DNA from: Barthelona sp. PAP020
Lineage: Eukaryota
Assembly (NCBI GenBank): GCA_040182905.1
Contig: JARQWU010000006.1
Location: 1-52,243 of the forward strand
DNA length: 52,243 nucleotides
Direction of reading: 5' to 3'
Below are positions 42,297-52,243 of this stretch, piece after piece (the stretch's first letter is position 1; each line of letters opens with the position of its first letter). The notes under the pieces were generated by a model. That model was given only the letters and a program-made list of their open reading frames with translations. It did not search any database and had not been told where the DNA came from. Made by a program: the position numbers and the translations under genes.

Positions 42297-43811
42297 ATGG
42301 CTACATTTAAGAATAATTCATCCTATGAAGAGGAATTGCAATTTATTGAGAAGATTAATGACAATACTTTCACCATTCATCAAGGATTAGTTCCAAACAT
42401 GAAAACTGAGTGCACTTTTTATTTAAACGATGCATTAACTCCCTTAATTTTTGACGAACTTCAAGAATCTCACTCAAAGAAGGGAGGATTTGTTCCTGCT
42501 TTGAAACAGTTGGCAAATGTTTCAGCTTTACCTGGTATTGTTGGTAATTCTATTGGTATGCCTGATATGCATGCTGGTTATGGCTTTTCTATCGGTAATG
42601 TTGCTGCTTTTGATATTGATGATCCTGAAGCAATTATTAGTCCTGGTGGAGTTGGGTTTGATATTAATTGTGGTATTAGGGTTCTTAGAACTTCTTTGAC
42701 GGAAAGTGATATTTTGGAAAAAAAAGAAGAATTGGGCAATGCATTATTTAAACATGTTCCTGTTGGTGTTGGAACTCGAGGAAGTGTTCGTTTGGATAAA
42801 GATCAATTAGATGATGTTTTAAATCGTGGAGTTGATTGGTGTTTGGATAATGGATATGGTTGGTTGAGTGACAAGGTTTGTTGTGAAGAAGAAGGTCATA
42901 TGATGGAAGCTAAAGCCAATTTAGTTAGTGATCGAGCAAAGAAGAGAGGGAAAGGTCAATTAGGTACTTTAGGAGCTGGAAACCATTTTGTTGAAGTTCA
43001 GATTGTTGATGAAATTTATGATGAAGCCGCTGCAAGTACAATGGGGATTGATGCTCTTGGTCAAGTATGTGTGATGATTCACACTGGATCTAGAGGTTTA
43101 GGGCATCAAGTTGCAACTGATGCTTTGCAAAATATGAAAGATTCCAATGTTGAGGTTAACGATAAACAATTAGCATGCACTCCTATTGGTTCTAAATGTG
43201 GAAGAGATTATTTTTCTGCTATGAATGCTGCTGCTAACTTTGCATTTGCCAATAGACAATGTATCACACATCAAGTTCGTTGTGCATTTGAAGAAGTCTT
43301 TGGCATATCAGCAGAAGACCTAGAAATCGAACTTATATATGATGTTGCTCACAATATCGCGAAAAAAGAAGAACATATGGTAAACGGTGTGAAAAAAAAT
43401 TTGATGGTTCATCGAAAAGGTGCTACAAGGGCATTTCCACCAAATCATCCTGAAATTCCTCAAATTTATCAAGATATTGGTCAACCTGTTTTAATTGGAG
43501 GTTCTATGGGAACTTCTAGTTATATTCTAGTTGGTACACAACAAGGTTTTGAAACAACATTTGGTTCTACTTGTCATGGTGCTGGAAGGGCTATGTCGAG
43601 ATCCAAAGCCAAACGTACATTGAATTATAATGATGTTTTAGAGGATATGAAGGAGAAAGGTATTTCATTAAATGTTGCATCTCAACAATTAGTTACTGAA
43701 GAAGCTGTTGAGTGTTATAAGGACATTGATGAAACAATTGCTACTGTTCATGATACAAATATTTCAAAGAAAGTCGTCAAATTGCGACCTTTGGTTGTTA
43801 TCAAGGGATAA
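42297..43811 (+). CDS. RTCB: RNA-splicing ligase RtcB (eukaryotic/archaeal type)
   Basis: [49 protein letters not shown] and STCHGAGR. Confidence 0.97.
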   Translation: MATFKNNSSYEEELQFIEKINDNTFTIHQGLVPNMKTECTFYLNDALTPLIFDELQESHSKKGGFVPALKQLANVSALPGIVGNSIGMPDMHAGYGFSIGNVAAFDIDDPEAIISPGGVGFDINCGIRVLRTSLTESDILEKKEELGNALFKHVPVGVGTRGSVRLDKDQLDDVLNRGVDWCLDNGYGWLSDKVCCEEEGHMMEAKANLVSDRAKKRGKGQLGTLGAGNHFVEVQIVDEIYDEAAASTMGIDALGQVCVMIHTGSRGLGHQVATDALQNMKDSNVEVNDKQLACTPIGSKCGRDYFSAMNAAANFAFANRQCITHQVRCAFEEVFGISAEDLEIELIYDVAHNIAKKEEHMVNGVKKNLMVHRKGATRAFPPNHPEIPQIYQDIGQPVLIGGSMGTSSYILVGTQQGFETTFGSTCHGAGRAMSRSKAKRTLNYNDVLEDMKEKGISLNVASQQLVTEEAVECYKDIDETIATVHDTNISKKVVKLRPLVVIKG

Positions 43812-44100
43812 AACTGAAGTATTTTACTGTAAATATTTTTAGGAAGTGATTTTTTTTTAATTCTTTGATAAAGGTGAAGTTTGCAACATCTTTTCTTATT
43901 GGGTTGGTCGCTGGAAGTCAAAAATGACTTTTGATCTATTCAATCAAACCTTATATTCCTCTTTAAGACCACTAATTTGTTTCACTTCAACAAATACTGT
44001 CTTTTATCACACCACTCTGAGTACACCCTGAAAAACAAAATGAAACTCAAATAAAAAATCATTCACATTCCTATTTATAATGTTTAACTATTCATTCATG

Positions 44101-47100
44101 TTAATCATCACCAGAGTCACTTTCACTGTTATCATGGTCAATAAATTCAACCATGTTACCTCCATTTGATTCATTTATATCAACCAAATCCCAGCAGAAT
44201 TCATAAACATACTTGAATTCTTCTTCATTAATTTTAAGTCCATTATGAAGTAATTTTCTGATAAAATCGTTTTGAAACCAAGATAAACGCTTAAAATTTA
44301 AAATAATACCTGTTTCTTCAGTAGATTTTTCAATAAGATAATTTAAAAACTTCTCAACAATTGTTTTGTCTTTGGCGTTATTAAAATCAATCATATTGGC
44401 GTGTTCTTCAACAAAGGAGCTTTCTTCCAAGGATTTGAATTCTTTGATTGATACAAAAGTATCGTTATTTATGTTGGCATCATCATCCTCATCCTCATCA
44501 TTTTCATCACCTTTAACAAATTCAATAGCATATAAATTGCTATTTACACATATAAATTGATTCCATTCAAGTAGATCAAACGATCTGCATAAAATAAAGG
44601 TTTTGGAAATCATGTCGTAAATGTAAAAAAAACTCGACATAACTCCAAAAAGAGTCAAATACCTTTTTTCATTATCCAACCATTGAAGGTTCATTTCAGG
44701 AGTAGGAAGCATAATTGTTTCATTTGTAACTGTATTAAATATATAAGTATTCATTCCAGAAGCAACATACTCATTTTCGTTTATTGTTTCAGAAAAGAAA
44801 ATAATGTTTGCAACATTTTTTTGAAAAATGTATTCAATTTTTTGCTCAATTATGTTGAAAATTAATAAATTCACAAAATTTCGAATCAAAATTACTTTAG
44901 AACAATCTTCCGTAATTTTCCGATCTGTCCATTTTCCACTTTTAATATCCTCTTCAATTTCAATATCTGTCAAAATATCATCATATAACAATGAAGAAAC
45001 AATTGATTCTTGTTTCCAATCAACACAAAACATCTCATCTGATAACAAGAACCATATTTCGTTTTCGTCTTTATTTGGTAAAGTTTTAATCTCTTTCACA
45101 GTCTTGTAAGAAAAATCTTTAATTTTATCAAATTCAATTTGTTTGACTATCTTCCAACCATTTATATAATCAATAATGTGAAAAACTTGCTTATTATCAA
45201 AATAGCAACAGTAATTATCATTATTGATGAAATAAATCTTGCTTACGACATCATCATATTCATGAATTAAAGTATGAGGAGGTAATCTTTCATATTCTTT
45301 CCAAAGATTGAAATCTTCATCACAAAATCGAATAAAATATGAATTTTCCTTAATAATCAAATCAAAAAGGCTGCAAGAAATATTTGGCAAACTAATTTCA
45401 GTATCCATTGTACTATCATTGTCAAACACAAGCCTGGAACATTGTCCGGCATTTAATCTTTTCATAAGGTTTGAAAAGTTATCGAAAAAACTGGTCAATA
45501 CAAATTCCTCACTGAAACAGTAATCCATGATATGCACCATAATCATTGCCATGTTATAACTGGGACCAAAATCAATGCTTAAAGCATATTCAAATTGCTT
45601 TTGATCGAATATGTGGTCAAAAATTTTCTTACAATTAAAACAGTTAACATTGAACATTTTGACAAAGTCAGACACATTTACAAATTTATTTAATTTGTTA
45701 ACTTCAAAAATCTTATCAAAATTGAACCATAACCCAAAGAATTCTGATATCTCACACACTCTGATAGGCCCACACATTGAACTCAACAAAACAACCAAAC
45801 CATCTTTAGTTATAGAAATCTCGCTTAAAGTGTATGCAAGAGGTAACAAATGTAGTTGTAAATTTTGGGAAAAATCAATGAATATGGAATTTCCATGTGC
45901 CTCTAAAATTAAGAATTGATCTTTGTTGATAAAGATTCCATTGAGGTTCAGATATTGTTTGTCAATAACTTCACGAACTATACCGTCACTGAATAATTTG
46001 ACATGATTATCCACATATTCATACAAAAGCATCAAAAAATCAGTGTAAATAATAACAAACCGATTTTCAAAACACCAGATATCAATAATTGAAGTACCAT
46101 CATAACAATCATGCACAAACTCAACAGGAATATTGTTTAACGTTTCTTTATCGAATATTTTAAATGTTTCATCATTAAAAACTATTAGAAACTTATTGTT
46201 AAACATTTTAACGTGTTCAAACCAAAAGTCTAAGTTCTTCTCATGTTTTAAACCAAAACCGTCCAAAAAAAATGTTTTCACCTTTCCTTCCAGATCAAAA
46301 AAATGGCAATATTCATCATCCATAACTGCAAACATATTTTCAAGCCCAACATCTAAATCGGTTATTCTTTCAAGAGTGCTACAAAGGAAAATAGTGGCAT
46401 TATCATTATGACAAACAAGTAAATAATCTCCTTTCCCTGAACAGTGAATGGTTAAATCCACAAGATCATTGTCGTCAAAAGAATGTTTAAGCTTATTTAT
46501 CATTTTAAAGCTTTGCAAATCATAACTTTTGATGTTAAATTTATTAAAAGTATATAAAATTTTTGAATCCGGAGATACTGTGGCATGCAGAAGGGGTTCT
46601 TCACTGTTGTATAGCAACAGTGGATCAACATATGAATTATTTTGGCTTGCTGATTCATATTTGATTCCCAAAATTATATGTTCCATGGTAGCTTCTTTTT
46701 CAAATAAATATTTGGTTATTCCAACACAAGACATTCCATTTTCAAGTAAAAATTCCAGTTTATCAAATTCATCGTTGTTGATCAAGTATTTATATATCTT
46801 TGATGCATATATTGAGTTAATTGGAAACTTAACACAATCTTTATTGGTGATATCAATTTCATCAATTATAACAGACCAATGTTTATCTTCATAATCAAGA
46901 CTCCATATGGTTTCACATTCAGCTTTTACTTCACATTCACTTTTTAATTCCACGAGCTCCATTGATATGTCCAAAGAATCATCGTTTATTTTTTTTCCAA
47001 GAAAATCCATTATTTCGTCTATATTTTCATAAATTCCATCGGATTCATATTCATCCTCACTGTTGCTTCCATAAATACTGTTGCTGAAACTTTCGTCGCC

Positions 47101-47109
47101 AGAATCCAT
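44101..47109 (-). CDS. Large hypothetical protein, probably with beta-propeller regions, carrying the family-specific C-terminal domain
   Basis: 1002-aa ORF with WD-like segments (ATVSPDSKILYT, CSGKGDYLLV). C-terminus CWDLVDINESNGGNMVEFID. Confidence 0.75.
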   Translation of the reverse strand: MDSGDESFSNSIYGSNSEDEYESDGIYENIDEIMDFLGKKINDDSLDISMELVELKSECEVKAECETIWSLDYEDKHWSVIIDEIDITNKDCVKFPINSIYASKIYKYLINNDEFDKLEFLLENGMSCVGITKYLFEKEATMEHIILGIKYESASQNNSYVDPLLLYNSEEPLLHATVSPDSKILYTFNKFNIKSYDLQSFKMINKLKHSFDDNDLVDLTIHCSGKGDYLLVCHNDNATIFLCSTLERITDLDVGLENMFAVMDDEYCHFFDLEGKVKTFFLDGFGLKHEKNLDFWFEHVKMFNNKFLIVFNDETFKIFDKETLNNIPVEFVHDCYDGTSIIDIWCFENRFVIIYTDFLMLLYEYVDNHVKLFSDGIVREVIDKQYLNLNGIFINKDQFLILEAHGNSIFIDFSQNLQLHLLPLAYTLSEISITKDGLVVLLSSMCGPIRVCEISEFFGLWFNFDKIFEVNKLNKFVNVSDFVKMFNVNCFNCKKIFDHIFDQKQFEYALSIDFGPSYNMAMIMVHIMDYCFSEEFVLTSFFDNFSNLMKRLNAGQCSRLVFDNDSTMDTEISLPNISCSLFDLIIKENSYFIRFCDEDFNLWKEYERLPPHTLIHEYDDVVSKIYFINNDNYCCYFDNKQVFHIIDYINGWKIVKQIEFDKIKDFSYKTVKEIKTLPNKDENEIWFLLSDEMFCVDWKQESIVSSLLYDDILTDIEIEEDIKSGKWTDRKITEDCSKVILIRNFVNLLIFNIIEQKIEYIFQKNVANIIFFSETINENEYVASGMNTYIFNTVTNETIMLPTPEMNLQWLDNEKRYLTLFGVMSSFFYIYDMISKTFILCRSFDLLEWNQFICVNSNLYAIEFVKGDENDEDEDDDANINNDTFVSIKEFKSLEESSFVEEHANMIDFNNAKDKTIVEKFLNYLIEKSTEETGIILNFKRLSWFQNDFIRKLLHNGLKINEEEFKYVYEFCWDLVDINESNGGNMVEFIDHDNSESDSGDD

Positions 47110-47366
47110 TTTTTTTCTGGAAAAAAAAAAAAGAATTTTTTAGACGAAATTGATTGTTTTTAAATTTTTGATAGATCTTTCGAAAAATAAAAATAATATT
47201 ACAAATTTGAATAGACTTTTTGAACCCAAAATTGAAATATATGAGAAGAAAAGAAAAGAAATTTTCTTATTTACATGATTGAAAATAATCAAATAATTTA
47301 CAATAAAGTTGACAAAAGTACAAAAAGTTAATTTCAAATCATATTAAAATGTTGCATAAATTGAAT

Positions 47367-49349
47367 TCAATTTGATGTTTCCAAATCCAGTAATTTTTGA
47401 TTCAACCATTTATTATTCTCCAGTAATTTTCTTTGATTTGCCATTAATAAACTCTTTTGAAGATTATATTCATTTCTAAATTGAATTAAGGATGATTTTA
47501 AGTTATTATACAAACCTTCAAAAACTTCAATCTTTTTACCTTGGTCCATTACTTCATTTTTATACATTTCGGATTGTTTCAAGACTGCTTTAAAATTATC
47601 ATGAAACCTATGAACTTGTTTTTGCAAATCAATTTTTGAATCTTTTTCAATTGACAAATTTTTTTGTAATTTTGAAATTTCCTCAAAAAGTTTTTTGTTT
47701 TTTTCTTCCAAACCATCTAAATACATCAATTCTTGAATCTTTTCTTGCTTCAATAATACTTTATTTTTTAAATTCATATTTTCTTCTCTTAAATCAATAT
47801 TATCTTGCTTCAATTCTCCATTTGTACAGCATATTGTTATTAATGAAGAACAACAATTCTTCAAATATATTATAATTTCAACAACATCATCAATAGTTTG
47901 AATTGATTGTACCATAGAAATAGATTCGATTGATTCTAATTTTTGTTTTAATTTACTTGTATTGAAAGAATATTCTAACTCAAATTTTTCCAAAAGTTTC
48001 AAAAAGTTTGAATCCAAAACATTCGTTAATTCTTTGAAATTTATGGTGACATCTTCTAATAAGTCTTGTTTTCCACTAATTTCTATTTCTAAATCATCAA
48101 TTCTATTATACATACTTTCAATTTCTTCTTTTGCAATTTCAAAGTCTTTTGTTAATTCATCTTTTTCCGCTTGTAATTCTTCAAAGCTTTTCATTCTAAT
48201 TTCATATTCTTTTAATTTTGGCACTAAAAGATCTAATTCTTCCATTTTTTTTTCTCTTTTCAGAAGTTCATGAGTTAAAAAAATATTTTGTTCCTTTATT
48301 TCATCAATCACCCTGATTTCATTCTGTAATATTTTGATATTTTGATTTTTTTGGTTCAATTCTTCATTTAATTGTTTTATTTCCATTTCTGATTGTTTGA
48401 AATCCCTGGTTATTGTTTCATATTTTTTATTTTCTTTTTCTAAAATTTCTACTTCTTCTTTCAATTCAATAATTGTCAATTTATAACTTTCGATATTTCG
48501 CTTGTTATCTTCTTCATTATTTTTCATCCTGTCTAATTCTTTCAATGTATTTGTTTGTTCATCAAGAACGCTTGTAATTTTGCTGGACAAAACATTATTT
48601 TTGTCATATAAAGCTTGATTTTGATTTGATAGCTCTGTAACACTATTTTCTAATTTTTCCAAATTTTGTTGAGTCCTCATGTGTAATTCTAATTCAGCAT
48701 TAATCCTTTGATTTTCTAAATTAATTCCATCGTAAGACAATAATAAACGTTGATTTTCGGAAGCCAAGTTTTCATTTCTTGCTTGTTCAGAAATTAAGGT
48801 ATTTTTTAATTTCTTTATTTCATTTTCTAAACGACAAATTTCAACATTTTCTCTGAAAGGTGAGTTCATCAATCTAGTTGAGTTTTCTTTCTTGTCTTCT
48901 GACAAGGGTGTACCTAAACTTTCACATTCTTTCAAATCAATATTAGAATTCATTGTTAAATCACCAGGATCATTTGAAGCAATAACATCTTGTCCAATTA
49001 AATTGTTTAAAATTCGAATTCTTTCATCAAGATCTTTTTGTTCTTCAATGATATGATATAAAATATCAGAATCAATCATTAATTTCAAACTTTGCAATTC
49101 TTCTGTAATATTTTCAATCGCATGTTGTAAGGATGGAACATGATTTTGAGCTAAAAAGGTATCATTTGATAATTGTTTTATTTCTTCTTCTAATTCTGCT
49201 ATTATTAAAGGATCAAATTGAGAAGAATTCACTTTTTCCAGTTCATTTTGTAATAATTTGGTTCTTTTTTGAGCTTCAAATAATTCTAAAGCTAATTCTG
49301 TTTGAATAGATCGTAATTGTGATAATTCAAGTGACGAATCAATTGACAT
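47367..49349 (-). CDS. Long coiled-coil protein
   Basis: 660-aa ORF rich in E/K/L/N heptads. Confidence 0.75.
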   Translation of the reverse strand: MSIDSSLELSQLRSIQTELALELFEAQKRTKLLQNELEKVNSSQFDPLIIAELEEEIKQLSNDTFLAQNHVPSLQHAIENITEELQSLKLMIDSDILYHIIEEQKDLDERIRILNNLIGQDVIASNDPGDLTMNSNIDLKECESLGTPLSEDKKENSTRLMNSPFRENVEICRLENEIKKLKNTLISEQARNENLASENQRLLLSYDGINLENQRINAELELHMRTQQNLEKLENSVTELSNQNQALYDKNNVLSSKITSVLDEQTNTLKELDRMKNNEEDNKRNIESYKLTIIELKEEVEILEKENKKYETITRDFKQSEMEIKQLNEELNQKNQNIKILQNEIRVIDEIKEQNIFLTHELLKREKKMEELDLLVPKLKEYEIRMKSFEELQAEKDELTKDFEIAKEEIESMYNRIDDLEIEISGKQDLLEDVTINFKELTNVLDSNFLKLLEKFELEYSFNTSKLKQKLESIESISMVQSIQTIDDVVEIIIYLKNCCSSLITICCTNGELKQDNIDLREENMNLKNKVLLKQEKIQELMYLDGLEEKNKKLFEEISKLQKNLSIEKDSKIDLQKQVHRFHDNFKAVLKQSEMYKNEVMDQGKKIEVFEGLYNNLKSSLIQFRNEYNLQKSLLMANQRKLLENNKWLNQKLLDLETSN

Positions 49350-49657
49350 TCAAAATATCAATATAAAAAAGGTGAGTTTTTGTTACATTCATAAACTTTT
49401 GTAATACTTTGGTTGTTGATACACTCAAATGTGTTTTATTCAATTTGAAACTTCAATAATTATTGCAAAAAGAATTGCTGTTGTTCTTTGTCACTAAAAA
49501 TTCATTTTCCTATTTCTTCCGTTATTCATGCAAAATAAGGGCATTCATAAACTGTTCTTTTTAGATTTACAATTTTGGGAAATGAATAATTACTCATATT
49601 GATTCTCCAAACAGAATTCAAAAAAGTTCTGTTAAAAAAAAAAATATCAAAAAACAT

Positions 49658-50428
49658 TTACCATTCAGAAATATGACTTATTTGAAGAATTTCAGGAACA
49701 ATTCTTCCATGACTCGCTGCCGACAATCTTTCAGAAATTTGTACAAATAAACCCGGTTCACAATCACACATTATAACACAAGTGTCATTTGAAACAAATG
49801 CCTCATTTAGGATTTCTGAATTTTCTTGTAAATACCTTCTAACATCATCAAATTGCTTGCCACAAAAGTTTTTTTTCAATTGAACTCTCAATCTCATTTT
49901 GGCTCTTTCTATTTTTATGCCCAAAGTTTCTTCATTTTCCTTTATAGTTTTAAATATTGCCAATGATTGTTGTTTGGTACTTTTTGAAGGATGTGGCTGA
50001 ATTCCCAATTGTTCAATCATGTTTTCAATCATGGATGTTGAATATGGACGACTAGTTTCTGGGTTAATGCATATATTACTCAAATAAGCCACAATTGAGT
50101 TCATTAAATTTGAATTCTGCACTTCTCGTTCTTTATTAGAGAATTGAATTTCTCCTTCCATCAAAATTTTCAACATGATTTCGTGCCTGTCTACTGTTTT
50201 GAAAGCTCTTCTCAAATCTTCATCCCGTGCCACTACACCCTTTTGAACATTTTGAAAAATCTCTTCTATTTGAATAACATCATCCAAATCTGTTGTTCTT
50301 CCTTCACGATAATTTTGAACAGTGTTTTTGTAACATGCAATTTCGAATCGTTTTCCTTTGCATTTTAATCGAACCACTGTCACATTTGTTAATTTAATAC
50401 GGTTTGATGGTAAGAAAATCGTGCCCAT
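49658..50428 (-). CDS. SBDS: Ribosome maturation factor SBDS/Sdo1
   Basis: IFLPSNRIKLTNVTVVRLK..GKRFEIACYKN, INPETSRPY and IERAKMRL. First ATG at 50428. Confidence 0.96.
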   Translation of the reverse strand: MGTIFLPSNRIKLTNVTVVRLKCKGKRFEIACYKNTVQNYREGRTTDLDDVIQIEEIFQNVQKGVVARDEDLRRAFKTVDRHEIMLKILMEGEIQFSNKEREVQNSNLMNSIVAYLSNICINPETSRPYSTSMIENMIEQLGIQPHPSKSTKQQSLAIFKTIKENEETLGIKIERAKMRLRVQLKKNFCGKQFDDVRRYLQENSEILNEAFVSNDTCVIMCDCEPGLFVQISERLSAASHGRIVPEILQISHISEW

Positions 50429-50605
50429 TTCAAGAAAAAATACTCTTAATTGTTGCAATTACTAACTCGATTTTCGACTATCATTTCAATAAGCAATATA
50501 AATTTAAAAAGAGTTAAATTTGAACAAATTGTAAACTGTTTTTCAGGACCTTCAGTGATTCGTCATATATTTCTTTTGCAAAATTAATTTTTTGTCATTA
50601 AATAT

Positions 50606-51628
50606 ATGGCTGTTTTATTAAAAACTAATGTTGGTGATTTGATAATCAATTTGTTTGATGAACAAAGTCCAATTTTGTGCAGAAATTTTATTGGTCTATG
50701 CAAGTTAAAATATTTCAACAATCGATTATTTTTCAATTTATTATCAGATTTTACCATTCAGTTTGGCGCTAATGAAGCGAACAATGAAATATCACAATGT
50801 TTTTGGTCATTTTTTAATCGCCCAACTTTAGTAAAGACTGATTCTGTCAACATTTTTGGAGATTTTGGAAAGAAAGGATCAATTGCATTCACCAATAAAA
50901 ACAATTATGTTGGATCAACTTGTTGTATTTTGTTAAATGACATTAAAGATAAGGACATGAGTAATTTTTCAATTTTTGCAGAGATTACCAATTTGGAATT
51001 AGTAGACACACTCAACAGTATTCCATCTGAATATAATACAAACAAACCGTTATCTAATGTTAGAATTTGGGATTCTATCGTTTTGAATGATCCTTTTTTG
51101 GAAAGCAGAGATGAATATCATATTGAAGAAAATTTAATTGAAACTAAGATAAACAATAGCAATTTGACCAGTGTTGATATTGAGGCTGATTTGTTTTCTC
51201 ATCAAAAATTAAAATTGCGAAAAATTTCAGAAACTTTTTTGGATGATTTAGGATTTCAACACACAGTTTTGAAATCACCCGAAAATGTCATATTTATTGC
51301 GAATCTGAATCCTTTTACTCAAGAATTTGATCTTGAAATTATTTTTGAACAATTTGGTGAAATTGTTAATGTGTCCATTTTGAAGAACAGTGAAGGTTTT
51401 TCTCGATGTTTTGGATTCATTGAATTTGTTAACAAAAAGAGTGCCCAATTAGCTATTGAAAAAATGAATGATGTCATTATTGATGATCGAAGAATTTATG
51501 TTGCTGTTTCAAACAGTCAATCAAGATATCGTTTGGATGATGGAAGTATTATGAATTTCAATAAAAAATCCAGAAGTTGGGAACACTGGGATGCAGCTTT
51601 TACAAAAAAAAAACCACCAGTTTTGTAG
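50606..51628 (+). CDS. PPIL4: Cyclophilin-RRM protein (PPIL4/Rct1-like), divergent
   Basis: MAVLLKTNVGDLIINLF..NFIGLCKLKYFN, then PENVIFIANLNPFT...DLEIIFEQFG and KMNDVIIDDRRIYV. Confidence 0.88.
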   Translation: MAVLLKTNVGDLIINLFDEQSPILCRNFIGLCKLKYFNNRLFFNLLSDFTIQFGANEANNEISQCFWSFFNRPTLVKTDSVNIFGDFGKKGSIAFTNKNNYVGSTCCILLNDIKDKDMSNFSIFAEITNLELVDTLNSIPSEYNTNKPLSNVRIWDSIVLNDPFLESRDEYHIEENLIETKINNSNLTSVDIEADLFSHQKLKLRKISETFLDDLGFQHTVLKSPENVIFIANLNPFTQEFDLEIIFEQFGEIVNVSILKNSEGFSRCFGFIEFVNKKSAQLAIEKMNDVIIDDRRIYVAVSNSQSRYRLDDGSIMNFNKKSRSWEHWDAAFTKKKPPVL

Positions 51629-52243
51629 AAACGAGTCAATGTTAAATTTTAGAAAAAAAATTATGGAAGTCTTTAGTTTATACATCTTTTTTTTTCTTTT
51701 TTCTTTCACTCCATATCAGTGAAATGCAGGCTATTTTCCTAAAATTATTGTCTTTTTTTAATTAGTGGATTTTGTTCTTTCTTTTAAAAACCTGGAGCAT
51801 AGAATTTGAATGTTCTTTAAAATTTTTCAAACTCTGAGTTATTCTTTTTTTATTGAAAAAAGATGTTTTGTCACACTGAAACATTGGTAAATTTGCCATC
51901 ACAATTCAATATACATATTTCAGCTCTGTCATAATGATCATCATGCTATCTATTCTAATAATCATCATTTTGATCGGTTTTCTCAATTTTAATGCTTTCA
52001 TGCTTTGTTATTTTGTGTTAGTTTTTGTAAATTTTGTGTGGTTTTCTAATTATTTATTTTCTTTGATTTCAGTTTTGGAAAAAATTTGATTGTTAAGGAA
52101 AAGTAAATTTTTCTAATTTTTTTCTGAGAAAATGAAATAGAAATAAAAAAGAGAAGTCATTTATGTGACAATGATCAAAAACAAACCGAAAGTGCAAGGA
52201 GCCTAAAATAAATCATCATCTACGTCAGGATTGAGATTCATGT

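Noticed and set aside
51919..51968. Possible C/D-box snoRNA on the minus strand (ATGATGA...ATGATGA...CTGA)
   Set aside because: Only ~50 nt, with no clear D' box, terminal stem or recognisable rRNA guide. Could arise by chance in AT-rich DNA.
1..52243. Alternative genetic code
   Set aside because: Conserved genes end at the expected places in TAA, TAG and TGA, with no in-frame stops once the four introns are removed.

Overview
This is an AT-rich, gene-dense, intron-poor eukaryotic window in the standard genetic code. It comes from a flagellated protist (BBS5, RIB43A, TBC1D31-like and CEP164-like genes); a metamonad-like identity is only an inference. It holds about 26 protein genes, including AP3D1, XRCC4, PFDN1, OLA1, a sirtuin, a papain-family protease, RBM28, EMC7, BBS5, CNOT4, CDC14, RTCB, SBDS and PPIL4. 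It also holds a tRNA-His, a U1 snRNA (minus strand, ~14729-14892) and four 37-45 nt GT-AG introns missed by the ORF track. The main find is a tyrosine-recombinase mobile element at 33644-34332 with split direct repeats A1-[100-N gap]-B1-ATT-A2-B2. The last 14 codons of a recombinase (GHSSHDAILSYGDF*) emerge from the gap, followed by a segment that can form a pseudoknot with repeat B. The element sits at an ATT site in a membrane-protein gene, and removing it restores a 724-aa ORF with its TM helix. Related copies lie at 1-155 (inside a kinase pseudogene), 2266-2583 (solo A+B) and ~2100-2250 (older). Two otherwise unrelated proteins share an unrecognised C-terminal motif, CWDL[IV]DINExNGGNM.
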